Part shown: positions 26,690 through 38,675 of the stretch, in pieces
Layout: each line of letters starts with the position of its first letter
How positions within the stretch are numbered: the first letter of the stretch is position 1
Source: Octopus vulgaris
Lineage: Eukaryota
Length of the DNA: 64,000 nt
Direction: 5' to 3'
Assembly: GCA_951406725.2 (NCBI GenBank)
Contig: OX597820.1
Location: 125,922,001-125,986,000 of the forward strand
The notes under the pieces: generated by a model
Databases searched by the model: none
The model's input: the letters and a program-made list of their open reading frames with translations, nothing else
What the model was told of the DNA's origin: nothing
Program-made: the position numbers and the translations under genes

Positions 26690-26980
26690 CTAGTGGTGTT
26701 ATATCGAGGACTACGTCGGTGTAGTATATTCTCTAGTGATAAACTTCAATTATTTTGCTGAAACTTGCCATCCATCATTGGAATTTACTGCTACCGTCTC
26801 TGAATTTCTGTCACCTTTCTCTATATCTCTGTCATTACCTATTAGACACATAACGACGAATTATAATACCTGTGTGCAATCGTATTTTTGTATCACATTC
26901 GACTCCGACAACTCTATAGTGAAGACTCAGATATCTCCAAATCCTATAAAACATGCCATTTCTTCCTCGCATTGATTGTT
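26690..26980 (+). mobile_element. Penelope-like element reverse transcriptase fragment
   Basis: WCYIEDYVGV (cf. RYIDD), FAETCHPSLEFTATVS..LSPF (cf. NFHP.L.FT..IS..LPFLD), NPIKHAISSSH (cf. HP..K.AIPYSQ). Confidence 0.6.
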
Positions 26981-27366
26981 AAATCCGCACACCGGCGAGA
27001 CCACGCTAATGGAAGAGCTTCTGCTCATTTACTCTCAAATGCATACAACTAGAGGCGGAGTTCACTTACGTACTTCTTTTCAACTGACGAACAGTTCGCT
27101 TAACGGAACTCTATCTTGCGTCTTTCGCTTAATTGAATTGTTTGGTAAATGGACATCTGGTACATTTGCAATGCTAATCCAAATACTGCAATGGTAATCT
27201 TTGAGAGTGTTTAAACGGGATTTACTCTATATTTATATGAAAGCACGTTTGCATGTAGATTTATACAAATAAGTGTTTGTGTGTATATGTGTCTCTATTA
27301 AGGAAGAGATGCATGCATACATACACACATACATACATACATACATACATACATACACACATACAT

Positions 27367-27750
27367 GATGGCCGGCTCCTCGTTATTGAGTATGGCCATT
27401 GCACGAAGCTTAACTGTTACTGGTGCTGTGATCGAATGTGACTTTTTAGCCCACCCAAAGATCTACAATGTCTTGTACAGAATTGGCAACTAAAACCTTT
27501 ACTGGCAATAGCCGGCTGTAGTTGTAACTGGGCTTCATGTACCTTTGCATGTCGTTTAAGTCTTCCTGCCGAATTACACTCTCTTCCACATGCCTGACAG
27601 ATATGATTAGTATGGTGTGTAACACCACCACCAGTGGCCAGATTGTCACTCATCTGTCTTGCTTTATGACTATGAAGATGACTCTTGAGTCCAGCTTTAC
27701 TGAGGCAGGGTCTTGCACAGACACTGCATGTCAGCATCATAGGAAGACCC
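27367..27750 (-). mobile_element. RTE-type LINE 3' end encoding three C2H2 zinc fingers
   Basis: [64 protein letters not shown], stop at 27417, 50-nt UTR, then (ATGT)n tail; no splice context. Confidence 0.7.
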
Positions 27751-27929
27751 TTCCCATCACACATACATACATGCATACACACATATGTGTGTGCGTGTGT
27801 ATTTGATCTCAGACTGCAAAGAGTCGGAACAAATAATTCGAGGTATCTTGTCCAATACTCTAATGGCCCTGCTAATTCGCAAATTACGACATGTGTTTGT
27901 ATACGTTGATACATATGTCTGAGCATGCA

Positions 27930-28055
<126 letters not shown>

Positions 28056-28057
28056 TA

Positions 28058-28272
28058 AATTAGAGACAAAACCACTATTAGGCAAATCATACAATGAAAA
28101 ACTTAAGCCAATACATAAGATTATTTAATTTATATTATTTAAATATATAAAAAAATTATTTAAAATTTTAATAATTTTGTTATATATTTAAATAATATAA
28201 ATTAAATAATCTTATGTATTGGCTTAAGTTTTTCATTGTATGATTTGCCTAATAGTGGTTTTGTCTCTAATT
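28058..28272. repeat. Near-perfect 215-bp palindrome
   Basis: Position i pairs with 56330-i; by-eye mismatches at 28151/28179 and 28161/28169; lies between (TA)n tracts. Confidence 0.95.
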
Positions 28273-28366
28273 AAATTTAATATAATATAATATTTTACTA
28301 TAAAATTGGATTCAATCCTAAATCTGATTTTTCCCTGTAAGTTTGGATTTATTCCCTAATATTTAT

Positions 28367-28419
<53 letters not shown>

Positions 28420-28440
28420 ATGTATATATATATATATTTA

Positions 28441-28493
<53 letters not shown>

Positions 28494-28514
28494 ATGTATA
28501 TATATATATATTTA

Positions 28515-28558
<44 letters not shown>

Positions 28559-29063
28559 TATAGATATGCATTTACATGTATTTCATGCATATATAAACAT
28601 GTATAAGTATGTGTGTGTGTGTATGCATATATGTCTTTTGAACGTGTTGATTATAGTTTGGATTGCAGTGCTTCACATTTTCGTATTCTTATATCTCTAG
28701 GCCATATTTAAGGTAATCATCAAACCAGAGTGCGGCAACTGCCGATCTCTCAGTGCAGAATCCTGTTCTTCTATAATAATTTATCTATATTTTACCTTCT
28801 GGATTATGATGTTTCCACTTCTCTGGTTTCTTCACTATTTACAAATATACACATGCACTCAAAAATCACCAACTCGCGCACCCAGACATCGTTGTGTTTA
28901 TTCGTACAGCAGTAACACATGCTTATACTCAATTACAAACTCACGTACAGGGCGAAACATTTCAATGTACACATGTACATATATACATAATCCAGATATG
29001 CATACATAATCTTGAGGGATGATGTTTATGTTGAATGTATATGTACATACCTAAACACAGGCA

Positions 29064-29117
<54 letters not shown>

Positions 29118-29129
<12 letters not shown>

Positions 29130-29281
29130 CTTGTTCCTACTCGAGCCACGCCTGGCTCATACGGCCGGTTTCCCGGTTTCCTTGGCGTATAGGCTTCCCA
29201 CCTGGACGGGACGTCTCCCAATATGCTGGAGGAAAGAGTGAGAGAGTCCGCTGCTCTAACCACTATGCCATGTACCTCCAC
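29118..29281 (-). mobile_element. V-domain-like SINE, internally deleted copy
   Basis: Same head and 3' half as 6105-6400, lacking ~120 nt including the B box. Confidence 0.75.
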
Positions 29282-29319
29282 ACACACACACTTACACACA
29301 CACACACACACACACACAT

Positions 29320-29375
<56 letters not shown>

Positions 29376-30230
29376 TTCAATGTTTACCCAACTTCAAATC
29401 ATATCTTGGCTATTTCAGACATTACACATTCTGCATCCTTTTATCTCTATCCTGAAGAAGGAACGGGTAGACCACAGAATTTGCTGAATCCTTTTGCACT
29501 TGTTAATGTCGTTACGCCATCTAGTATTAAAAAAAGGAGACTCGCAATGATTCTGCAGATATCGCTTCTTTATAATGCATGGTGAATAGTTAAAGCGCAA
29601 ACATTTCTAAGTGATATTATAACTTTGACGTTCTCGTTAATTATTTTCCTTTAAAATCTCTAAGATCGTTGGAAAGCAGTTTAAATATTTTATAGTCGTG
29701 CTTTCCCTATGATATACGTCAAAGAATGAACAATGCTATGCAAAATGCATGTATGCAAAACTGCATGTATACAAAAACAAAACATGCACGTATACACACA
29801 GGTGCACGCACAATCACACACACACATACGCAAGCACACATAAACACGCACATATATATATAGTTAACCATTTTCCCGTCACATATATCATAGGTAATTA
29901 TTATAACTCTTAAAGTTACAAAGACTAATAAACCCTTTTAGTGTCATATTTCCTACCAGCAGAATAACTAAAAAAACATATGGACTTTGGTCAGAAATAA
30001 AAGAAGGACTGAGAAATTGGACGATGAAGACCACTATGTATAACAAAAATGACGTAATGGTCATGCTTATGTAATGAAGGATGACGAAGGGCTAAACTCA
30101 AAAATTATTTACACACGTGTCCAGTGACATCGTGTTAATTGTACTCTATAACCAGTCACTGACGCATTTCCTTTGCAATCTCTGTTTAAATTCATTCAAT
30201 TTACACCATATACACCTTTGTTAATTTAAA

Positions 30231-30594
30231 CTAGCACTATGACCCGGCGTTGCCGGGTCATAGTGCTAGTGCATGCATATACAGCTGCGTGCGCACATAC
30301 ACGCGAGTACTGTCAAAATCTCCGACAAATCACATACAGCTAGCTGGCAGTCAATTGGCGTATCAACTTTCAGGCATTTTGAATGGGTTTTGGATAGAAA
30401 ATTCACAAAAAAGTCACTTCTATTGATTTTTTAATAGCTTTGCGGGATGAGCAGGGAAATGTAAAGATGTGCACGACCACCCTTGGACGGTTTTGAATAA
30501 CCATAGAAAGTGCGAGCCCTCAAACGGAAAAATTGTGGATTTGTATAAAGGACACACACACACACACAGACATTTTGCCGTTTATATATAGAGA
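30231..30594 (-). mobile_element. Non-autonomous Helitron (364 bp)
   Basis: Minus strand starts A|TCTCTATATATAAACGG, has a subterminal (GT)n, and ends hairpin GACCCGGC-aac-GCCGGGTC + ATAGTG-CTAG|T; A|T target, no TSD. Confidence 0.8.
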
Positions 30595-31541
30595 TATAAC
30601 GTTGAATTTCGCACTTTTTACGCGGGTGGGTTATCTAAATCATTGTCTTTTTCAGACAAAATCAAAACGGAAGCCCGCATTTGAATTGTTCTATCAACAC
30701 GGTTTTCCCCGCCAATGCAGGAGTAAATGTTTCCTTATATGGCGGGGAAAGTAATTGTAACAGTCTCTATATTTTTACATATCCAAGGAGGAGATATTAG
30801 TAAACGAACCGCTTGTCAATATTAATGCGCTCCTGTTAATTAAATCTACAAATTATAATTGCTTTTTGTAGCACAGGCAGATCACCCACACGAAGCCATT
30901 CAACTGTAACTATCTCTTTTTATCTCCATAACTACATTTCCATTACTCTCTTTCTATCATGTCATGCAACCATATCAAGTTCCCTTCACTGGATAGTTTT
31001 TCTTTGCTACTGTTGCACCTATACATTTAAAACCTTAACTTTCCCGTTGTGTATCGAGCAGTGTACTGTCCGCAAGAAAATACGCCTAGCCCTACTTCGA
31101 CTTGATATTTAGGAACATTTTTGAAGCCTACGGAGTAAAATGAGATTATAACCCTTTTACGATTTCCCCAGAGCTATTAAACTCTCAGAGAACTGTCTTC
31201 GAATAGCAATCTTTACCAAATCCTGAAATTTGTGAGCCGAATGTTGATTATTCTTAAACTTCATTGTTCAGTTATAGCATAAAATGCTGTTTCGCGGTCC
31301 TCTTTCTTTTGGCTCTAGCACAGCTATTCAGCTTTATGAGGAAAGGATGAGATATTGTAATCGCAATAACTTTGGCATTAAATACTAAAAGAAATGCCTT
31401 CAACCAGCAATCAAAGCCATATCTTTGAATTCGCGCGGTGGATGATAGTTCGGTGAAAAGAAAGCCAATACACAACGTTGTTTTCCTTTTCGTCCTATAT
31501 TATTCCGCGCTTTCTTATCCACTTCCTACCGTTGACAAGAG

Positions 31542-32075
31542 ATGGCATATTTTAAACTTTTCAGATCCATTAACAGTATAATCTAATATACATCAGTCGA
31601 GGATTGAAACTGCGAAATGAACTCGCAATTCCGCAGATTTATATTGTGGTTTCTTTAAGTATTTCTCAAAGGACACTAAATATCCCATTGGTGCGTTATT
31701 TCAAATAGATTGGAAACTTTACTCCTCTGCCTATATACTTAACACACGTTTCACATGAAGGCATTGATGATTTTAGATGATCAAAAGACGCGTTTGAGCA
31801 GAAATGTTTAGGAAGTGCTGGTCTACATCGCTCAACACATAATAGCATATATTAGAGACGAGAATAAATTTCGGTGAATATCTTATAAGATAAACATGAC
31901 AATAGGACTGTATATAGAATGAAAACCGGTTATTGATCTGAATATAGATTTCCTAAAATAGCCAGGATTTATTGTTTCCTGCTTGTAAATAACTTTCATG
32001 TATCAATGATGAACAGGAAGATGTTGTACATATATTCGACTCATATCGATAAGGAGACACACAATATACAAGAAT
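31542..32075 (+). pseudogene. Polinton-type (A32/FtsK-HerA) packaging ATPase pseudogene
   Basis: N-terminal FSDPLTV (cf. HPFT; Walker A eroded), Walker B ALMILDDQ (31761-31784) followed by V*EVLVYIAQH..NKFR*ISYKIN, and C-terminal YCFLLVN..H (31970) and RCCTYI (cf. YGYL.ID.HP...RLRTNIF). Confidence 0.55.
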
Positions 32076-32363
32076 AGAAACCACCTGTCCTGGCAGAGTG
32101 TATGTGAGCCCTCGGCCAGCAATTAAAACGACATCGCTGTCTTATTTATAAGAAAAATCCCGCAATGAAGGACACATTTGAATAAAATATAAATATACAC
32201 GCATACACGCATGCTCACAAGCGCACACGCTCTCTGCGCGCACGCACGCACACATACACACACATACAGACACATACACACACATACAGACACATACACA
32301 CACATACACACAAGCACATATACACTTACACGTACACGCACACGCACGTACCTATACATACAC

Positions 32364-32399
<36 letters not shown>

Positions 32400-32763
32400 A
32401 TACTAACAATATAGGATGAAGTCCCTTTCTCTACAGAAAAGGAATCCATCAGGAAGCGTGGGCAGTATATTTAAAAACCCGTTACGGTTGAAGTATAAAC
32501 ATCATATAATTAAGGGCTAAAGAGGGTTATTCTAAAGCCAATACACTGATTTATCCACTTATAATCCGCTTGCTACAGGAGAATTGAAACTGAAAACGGG
32601 CAACTAATCTTTAGAAAATTTAAATTTCGTTATCTCTATATTGAATCAATTTCGGAATTAATCTTATAAAAGATATAAGTGATGTACTCAAGTGTAGTTA
32701 TGTTTTTAGCTTGTGCTTTTTCCGTGATCATACGTGAGTATTTTATTTATATCCCATCGAAAG

Positions 32764-32824
32764 CTCTACTGAAGAAAGAATATATCTTTTATAAGATTAA
32801 TTCCGAAATTGATTCAATATAGAG
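32764..32824 (+). ncRNA. Type I hammerhead ribozyme, copy 1
   Basis: Stem I CTCTA/TAGAG; core CTGAAGA; stem II GAAT-at-ATCTT(ttat)AAGAT-ta-ATTC; GAAA; stem III TTG(att)CAA; cleavage triplet AUA at 32817-32819. Confidence 0.7.
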
Positions 32825-33253
32825 ATAACGAAATTTAAATTTTCTAAAGATTAGTTGCCCGTTTTCAGTTTCAATTCTCCTGTAGCAAGCGGATTATAAG
32901 TGGATAAATCAGTGTATTGGCTTTAGAATAACCCTCTTTAGCCCTTAATTATATGATGTTTATACTTCAACCGTAACGGTTTTTTAAATATACTGCCCAC
33001 GCTTCCTGATGGATTCTTTTTCTGTAGAGAAAGGGACTTCATCCTATATTGTTAGTAGTAAACTCGGTGCTTGCTACGGGAGGACCGGTAACCATTACAA
33101 TTTGTAGCGGCGAAAGGTCAAGACGTTGTTTCTGAAGCTGACCAAAGAATTTTTATTTTTAGATATAAGTGATGTACTCAAGTGTAGTTATGTTTTTAGC
33201 TCGTGCTTTTTCCATGATCATACGTGAGTATTTTATTTATATCCCATCGAAAG

Positions 33254-33314
33254 CTCTACTGAAGAAAGAATATATCTTTTATAAGATTAATTCCGAAATT
33301 GATTCAATATAGAG
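33254..33314 (+). ncRNA. Type I hammerhead ribozyme, copy 2
   Basis: Identical to 32764-32824, 490 nt downstream. Confidence 0.7.
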
Positions 33315-33441
33315 ATAACGAAATTTAAATTTTCTAAAGGTTAGTTGCCCGTTTTCAGTTTCAGTTCTCCTGTAGCAAGCGGATTATAAGTGGATAAATC
33401 AGTGTATTGGCTTTAGAATAACCCTCTTTAGCCCTTAATTA

Positions 33442-33483
<42 letters not shown>

Positions 33484-33487
33484 TATA

Positions 33488-34165
33488 TACGTGGTCTGAT
33501 CAATAAGTATTCAGACTGTTGCTATAGTAATAAAACTAAAACACACAGAGTAAAGCCGCTTGGTACGGCTTGACCTTGAACTCTGATGAACATGCGCACG
33601 GAGTTTTAATATTCTAACCCACTTCCGCTGTTTGCAGCAGTGTTTAGAAGGAACGTGCGTAGCGTGTGATCGTCGCATTAACTATGACAGAGAAAGTTGA
33701 GCAGAGAATCTGTATCAAATTTTGTCAAAAGCTTGGCGATACCTGCTGAAAAACCTACGCAAAATTCAGAAAGTGAATGGAAAGGAGTGTTTAAGCTGCA
33801 CACAAGTGTACGAGTGGTCAGATGTTTGAGCGATGGCCGAAAAATGTCGATAGTGACAAACGTTCTGGGATACTGCAACCAGCAGAATTGAGAAAAACAT
33901 CGCGGATGTGCGTGCAGCTGTTCGTCGAATGACCTTCCGGGAGGTATCAGACGATGTGTAGATTGGTTACGGTTCAGTTCAGTCCATTATCGCTAAAGGG
34001 ATGTGTTTGAGACTCGTGTCTACCAAGTTTATGCCAAAACTGTTTTCAGCTGACCAAAAACCATTCGGGTTTCAGTTGCACAAGACCTCTTTGATTGTTT
34101 CCAAAACGATGAAGACATTTTGAAAGCGGTCATAATGGGTGATGAAGCGTGGGTTTAGTGGTCAT
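33488..34165 (+). mobile_element. Mariner element, 5' half with transposase pseudogene
   Basis: TA + TIR-like CGTGGTCTGATCAATAAGT; from 33684 MTEKVEQRICIKFCQKLG; RLVSTKFMPKLFSADQK; VIMGDEAWV (first catalytic D); stops and frameshifts. Confidence 0.85.
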
Positions 34166-34399
34166 CTGCGTCAGCAAAGAGCATTGAATTACGTTAACAA
34201 ATTTGTATAAGACTCTAACATTTTGAAATTTTATATCGTATTTATATTGCGGCGAGACGAGAATACTGAAGGAAAGAAAGAAAAATAAAACAAATAAACA
34301 ATCAAACAAGCAAACAAAGCAAAATGCTAAAAAAGTGTTTAAACTCATGTTACTGACGACTTATCGACACTGTCAACACGCGGCATTACATATGCTTTA

Positions 34400-35110
34400 A
34401 AATAATAATATATCATATAAAACAACATTATCCTCTTTTTGAAGGGGAGCGAATATATGTGTAGTTCATATCAATTGTTAATTTAATAAAGGCGATCTTA
34501 GCAGGATGGAAACTGTAGTAAATTAAGGAATGGTGAGAGAACGAAACGCCTGAAACTTCAATTCGCGCGTGCATTCTTTATGCAATTTCTAGAACCCTTA
34601 AAGTAGAAGAGGAAATTTTACCAGGACACAAGGACCAATACAATAATGAAATGACTTAATATATTCAAATTTGCATCATTCTATTATTAGCAGTAACTTA
34701 ATGTTGTATTTCATTAATATTCCTCATTAATATTGTATTTTATTTAATACTGTATTTTATTTCATTTAAGATTAGAACTGATAATACCTGGCAAACTGAA
34801 ATATACATTAGGAAATATTAAAACTGTTTCTCCCTTTTCTTATTTAAGTAATTTTGGTATCCATCAAATTCGTAAACAGCAGAAGGCATATATTTCAATG
34901 TGATAGCACTTTGGGAATTTACTCTGTAAATACCTTCTCCTGATTACCAATTCCGGACTTACTGATAACGAACGTGGAGAGACTAAGCAATCTCCCATGG
35001 TTCATTTAGATTGTATTTGCATTCAGTACAATTGGCATTTAACGTTTAGATGCGTGATTAACATTTCTACCGTTGTACGAATTAATTAAATTTTCAGAAT
35101 ACTAGATTTC
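34400..35110 (-). pseudogene. Polinton/Maverick minor capsid (penton)-like pseudogene, copy 2
   Basis: NHASKR*MPIVL (~35060-35025), NLNEPWEIA* (35012-34983; cf. PI.L...WEVAL), YMPSAVYEFDGYQNYLN (cf. IP.G.YE..D...YLN), STLRVLEI, SLIYY...FIKLTID; about 235 codons. Confidence 0.5.
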
Positions 35111-35902
35111 GTAATACTACTTGGAGATATTCAAATGTGTCTTAATAAGATTAGCTAACTATCATGATAGCTACCATGATAATATCTATAATAAACAGAG
35201 TAAGATCATTTGGCTTGAGTTGCTACAGCACTATAATTGTGAGCTAGTTTCGTACTACAGATTTTTTTTCTTTTAACTGAGATGTTCAGGCTGGAGTTTA
35301 TTGTCAAAGGTTAAATGCCTACCAGTCGTAACTACCTGAATAGTTAGTTGTTGGTCTTCAAGACAACGAGCGGATGTTATATGTTTCTTTACTGGTGCCG
35401 TACTACTATATCATTAGTCTTGGTTTATCTTGCTCCAGGTTATAGCAATTGTAAACAGAGAGTGCATTTGGTTATCTTTGTTCTATATTCATTTATTTAC
35501 ATTCTTTTTGGTTTTTCAGCAAACTAGTTGAAGTGACCCTTGTGTCATCAGAACCTCTATTTTACCGGCAGTCGTTTTCAACAGAATCAAAAGAAAGAAT
35601 AAACGTAAATTACCTCCATCAATGGCAAAAAGTACAAATGTATAACACACATTGCTACTAAATTAATATTGAACTTTTTGAGTAAATCTTCGACTATTTG
35701 AAAGACAAAAAAAGAGAAATTTATTCTTTTTGAGATATTAATTTCTTATTCAGCTGTAATTAATATATACACTTTAAACTGTCTCAGTTTCAAGTACCGG
35801 TGTGTGTATAGCACTTATGTGTTAAGAACATGCATCTTTGACAAATTTTCTGTAGAACAAATTATCGCAGATAACGCCGTGCCCTGTTTTTATATTTATA
35901 TT

Positions 35903-35916
<14 letters not shown>

Positions 35917-35950
<34 letters not shown>

Positions 35951-36019
35951 AAAAAGAGAGAGAGAGAGTGTGTGTGTGTGTGTGTGTGAGAGAGAGAAAA
36001 AGAGAGAGAGAGAGAGAGT

Positions 36020-36078
<59 letters not shown>

Positions 36079-36124
36079 TGTGTGTGTGTGTGAGAGAGAG
36101 AGAAAAAGAGAGAGAGAGAGAGAG

Positions 36125-36155
<31 letters not shown>
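35917..36155. repeat. Higher-order compound (GT)n/(GA)n microsatellite
   Basis: Unit (GT)n-(GA)n-AAAA-(GA)n repeated four times. Confidence 0.9.
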
Positions 36156-36660
36156 AGTGAGAATTTACAAAAAACTAACAGAATACGAAGACGGTGTGTA
36201 AACAGCAAACAGATGTATTAGTTTAACGCTCGGAAAGTGAGAAAGTCTTTTACGTTTTGAGACTACGCTCTTCGGCAGAAAGGAACAGAGAAATAAACAG
36301 GGAAAGAAAATAGATAAAGCCTTAGTGGCTAGCGATCTATCATGACGAATGCCGGACAGTGGAGAATTCCGGACACAGGAGAGCTAGGAAGAAGAGGAGA
36401 TAATAAAGCAGTGGTGGCCCAAAACGAAGGTACCCATGCGTGTGAATGTGAGCGTGTATGTGCATGTGGAAGGGGGCTGGTGACCTTGACATGTGCGTGT
36501 GTGCATGTGTAGGTGTGTGTATGATGGTGTACGTGCTGGGAAGTAGTCAATGCTAGTGTGTGTGGGGGGGTGATGAGGTGATGTGTGGTACGGTGGTGTT
36601 CAGTGTGGTGGTGTGGTGGTGTTTTGCGTGGTATGAGGTTGTGGGTTTGGGGTGTGGAGA
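36156..36660 (-). mobile_element. Penelope-like 3' region/pLTR remnant with degenerate hammerhead (36247-36282)
   Basis: Minus strand CTTT-CTGCCGA-A-GAGC(gtag)TCTC-AAAA-CG-TA-AAAG; same architecture as 943-975. Confidence 0.5.
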
Positions 36661-36700
36661 AAAGGAGGGAGAGAGAGGTAACAAGTGCGGATTGACAGAA

Positions 36701-38262
36701 TAGAACTACAAAGAAACGTCACACACATACTAAATAGAAACCAGTTTATTAACAGACTGCTATAGCATTGATTGAAGAGCGCTAATTAAGAAACCGTTCT
36801 TTTCTAATAAAACGTCATTTCCTGAAACATGCTTGACGTCACACGGTATCATGTGATGACGGTGTGTCCTGGATCCAAAGAGATGAACTCAATATCACGT
36901 GTGACCACCGTTCGTGTTGATTACCACCAGGCATCTTCTGTACATTGAATGTACCAAACGACTGATGAAGGTCATAGAGACAGCAGCCCACACTCTGTTA
37001 AAACTTGCAGTGAGTGTGCCTTGGACGGATGTCATCTAGCTTTCTTTGGATTTCGTTCCACACGTGCTCCATGGGGTTCAAGTCCAGACTTGTGGCAGAC
37101 CATGGCAATGTCTGGATGTTGTGCTGTTGGAAGAAAGCTGTTGTCAACCTGGCAATATGGGCACGGGCGCTCTCTTGTTGGAACACATGATTCCGTTGAC
37201 GGGCAAAGTATGACAGAATGTGAGGCCTCAAAACTTGGTTGCTGTAGAGAGCTGTGATTAATCCATTGTCCCGGCCTTGGCCATGGTTTGGAAGACCACC
37301 GATCCAGGTTTCTGGTTAAGTGAAACTCTGCCACATGCTATGATGCTCTGTCCTCCCCATGAGTCTCTCTCCACCACACAGCCATCAGCATGACGTTCAA
37401 TCCTTCTTCTCTAAGCCCTAGCTCTGTCATCTGCCACAGGAATGCAATATCAAATTTCTTCAGTCAGGGAAGACTACAGTCCTCCACTGCTGATATCACC
37501 AGTTCTGACGTTTTCTCTCTCACTACAGACGTGCCTGTCGATGATGATCTGTGAGGATGGGGCCTCTAGCCGGACGTCGACCAGACAGACTGAAAATTCT
37601 CAGTCGGTAGCGTAGTGTCTCTGCACAAATAGGTTTGTTGTGAGTCCCTATGATTTGCCTACATGATTCAGTAGCCCTCCGGAATCGGCTCGGCAAGTGC
37701 AGTCGGTGCAGAGGGTGATCTTGACGTGCCGTAGTAAACCTCGGTCGGCTACTGCATAGACCATCATTCCCCTCATCGTCGTAACCGACGGAGTGCTTCC
37801 AGACGATCATCCGTGCTGTTTGTGACATTGTATCGTTCTCTCAGCCACTCAGTTGTCCGATTATTGTAGTTCAAGTCATTTGCCATGACCCATAGACGAT
37901 GATCAGCATGGAGTCGTCCGATGGCTTGCTCTCTCTGATTTCATGTCAGTCTTCGCATGGTTGCTGTGTTCGGTAATGGCAGGCTGGTAAATTTGGGTGA
38001 CTTTTATACCAAATGTGTCAACGCTTTGCCTGTGCACCATGCTTTTCATAAAGATGCCTTCGCGGGTAATATCATATTCGCGAAAGTGAGTGAGTTCGAA
38101 CCCTACATGCAAACCATGTGTTTTCAAAAGAGAGTGGTGTTGTTGGTCAGTGACATCTTCCTGATGTCAAATTACCTAGAAATGTGATACGATCCATATA
38201 ATTTCAATATCGTTTGTGAAAGAAATGATCTTTTACAGTGCGATGTTTCTTTTGTAGTTCAG
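36701..38262 (-). mobile_element. Tc1-like DNA transposon, near full length, inactive
   Basis: TIRs GAACTACAAAGAAACGTCAC / GTGCGATGTTTCTTTTGTAGTTCAG-TA; transposase RPRFTTARQD, RRPARGPILTDHHRQARL, VFQQESARAH, LPWSATSLDLNPMEHVW. Confidence 0.9.
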
Positions 38263-38289
38263 TATATACACACACACACATACAAACAT

Positions 38290-38675
38290 TGTGCGGCCGC
38301 GTGTAGTAAGAAGCTTGCTTTCTAGCCACATGGTCCTGCTTTCAGTCCCACTTTGTGGCGATTTGACCAGTGTCTCTTCTACTACAGCCTAAGGCCGACC
38401 AGTTCTTTGTGAGTAGCTGTAGTAGACCAAAACTGAAAGAATATATGGTGTGTGTGTGTCTGTGTGTGTTTGCACAAGGGCATGGTTTTGTATTTGTTGG
38501 TCCCACTACCACTACTAGGGATTGCTGGGTTTATGCTCTCGTAACATAGCGATTCGGCAATTGTGACCGATATAGTTAGTACAAGATTTAACAAAAGATA
38601 AATACGATGATCAACTCATTTAACTGAACATTCTTTATTTCAGTGCTCCGGCATGGCCGCAGTCCAATGACTATA
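38290..38675 (+). mobile_element. SINE family B (CORE-like), diverged
   Basis: Colinear with 39050-39435; tail GGCATGGCCGCAGTCCAATGACT. Confidence 0.8.

Larger units (their letters stand above)
32401..33449 (+). mobile_element. Hammerhead-bearing Penelope pLTR/retrozyme-like element: inverted copy plus 1.6 tandem 490-bp units
   Basis: Inverted arms 32401-32677 / 32781-33057 (277 bp, ~2 mismatches); direct repeat 32671-32959 = 33161-33449 (offset 490); (TA)n on both flanks. Confidence 0.85.

Noticed and set aside
27417-27926. Host C2H2 zinc-finger gene (169-aa ORF)
   Set aside because: The N-terminal half is microsatellite and flank, there are no TGEKP linkers, and it has a LINE-type 3' tail.
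30704-30750. 11-bp inverted pair TTTCCCCGCCA / TGGCGGGGAAA resembling paired E2F sites
   Set aside because: One C too many for TTTSSCGC, and too short to distinguish from chance.
31460-31510. Minus-strand Walker A-like IGRKG/KTTL
   Set aside because: Requires a frameshift and has no matching Walker B on that strand.
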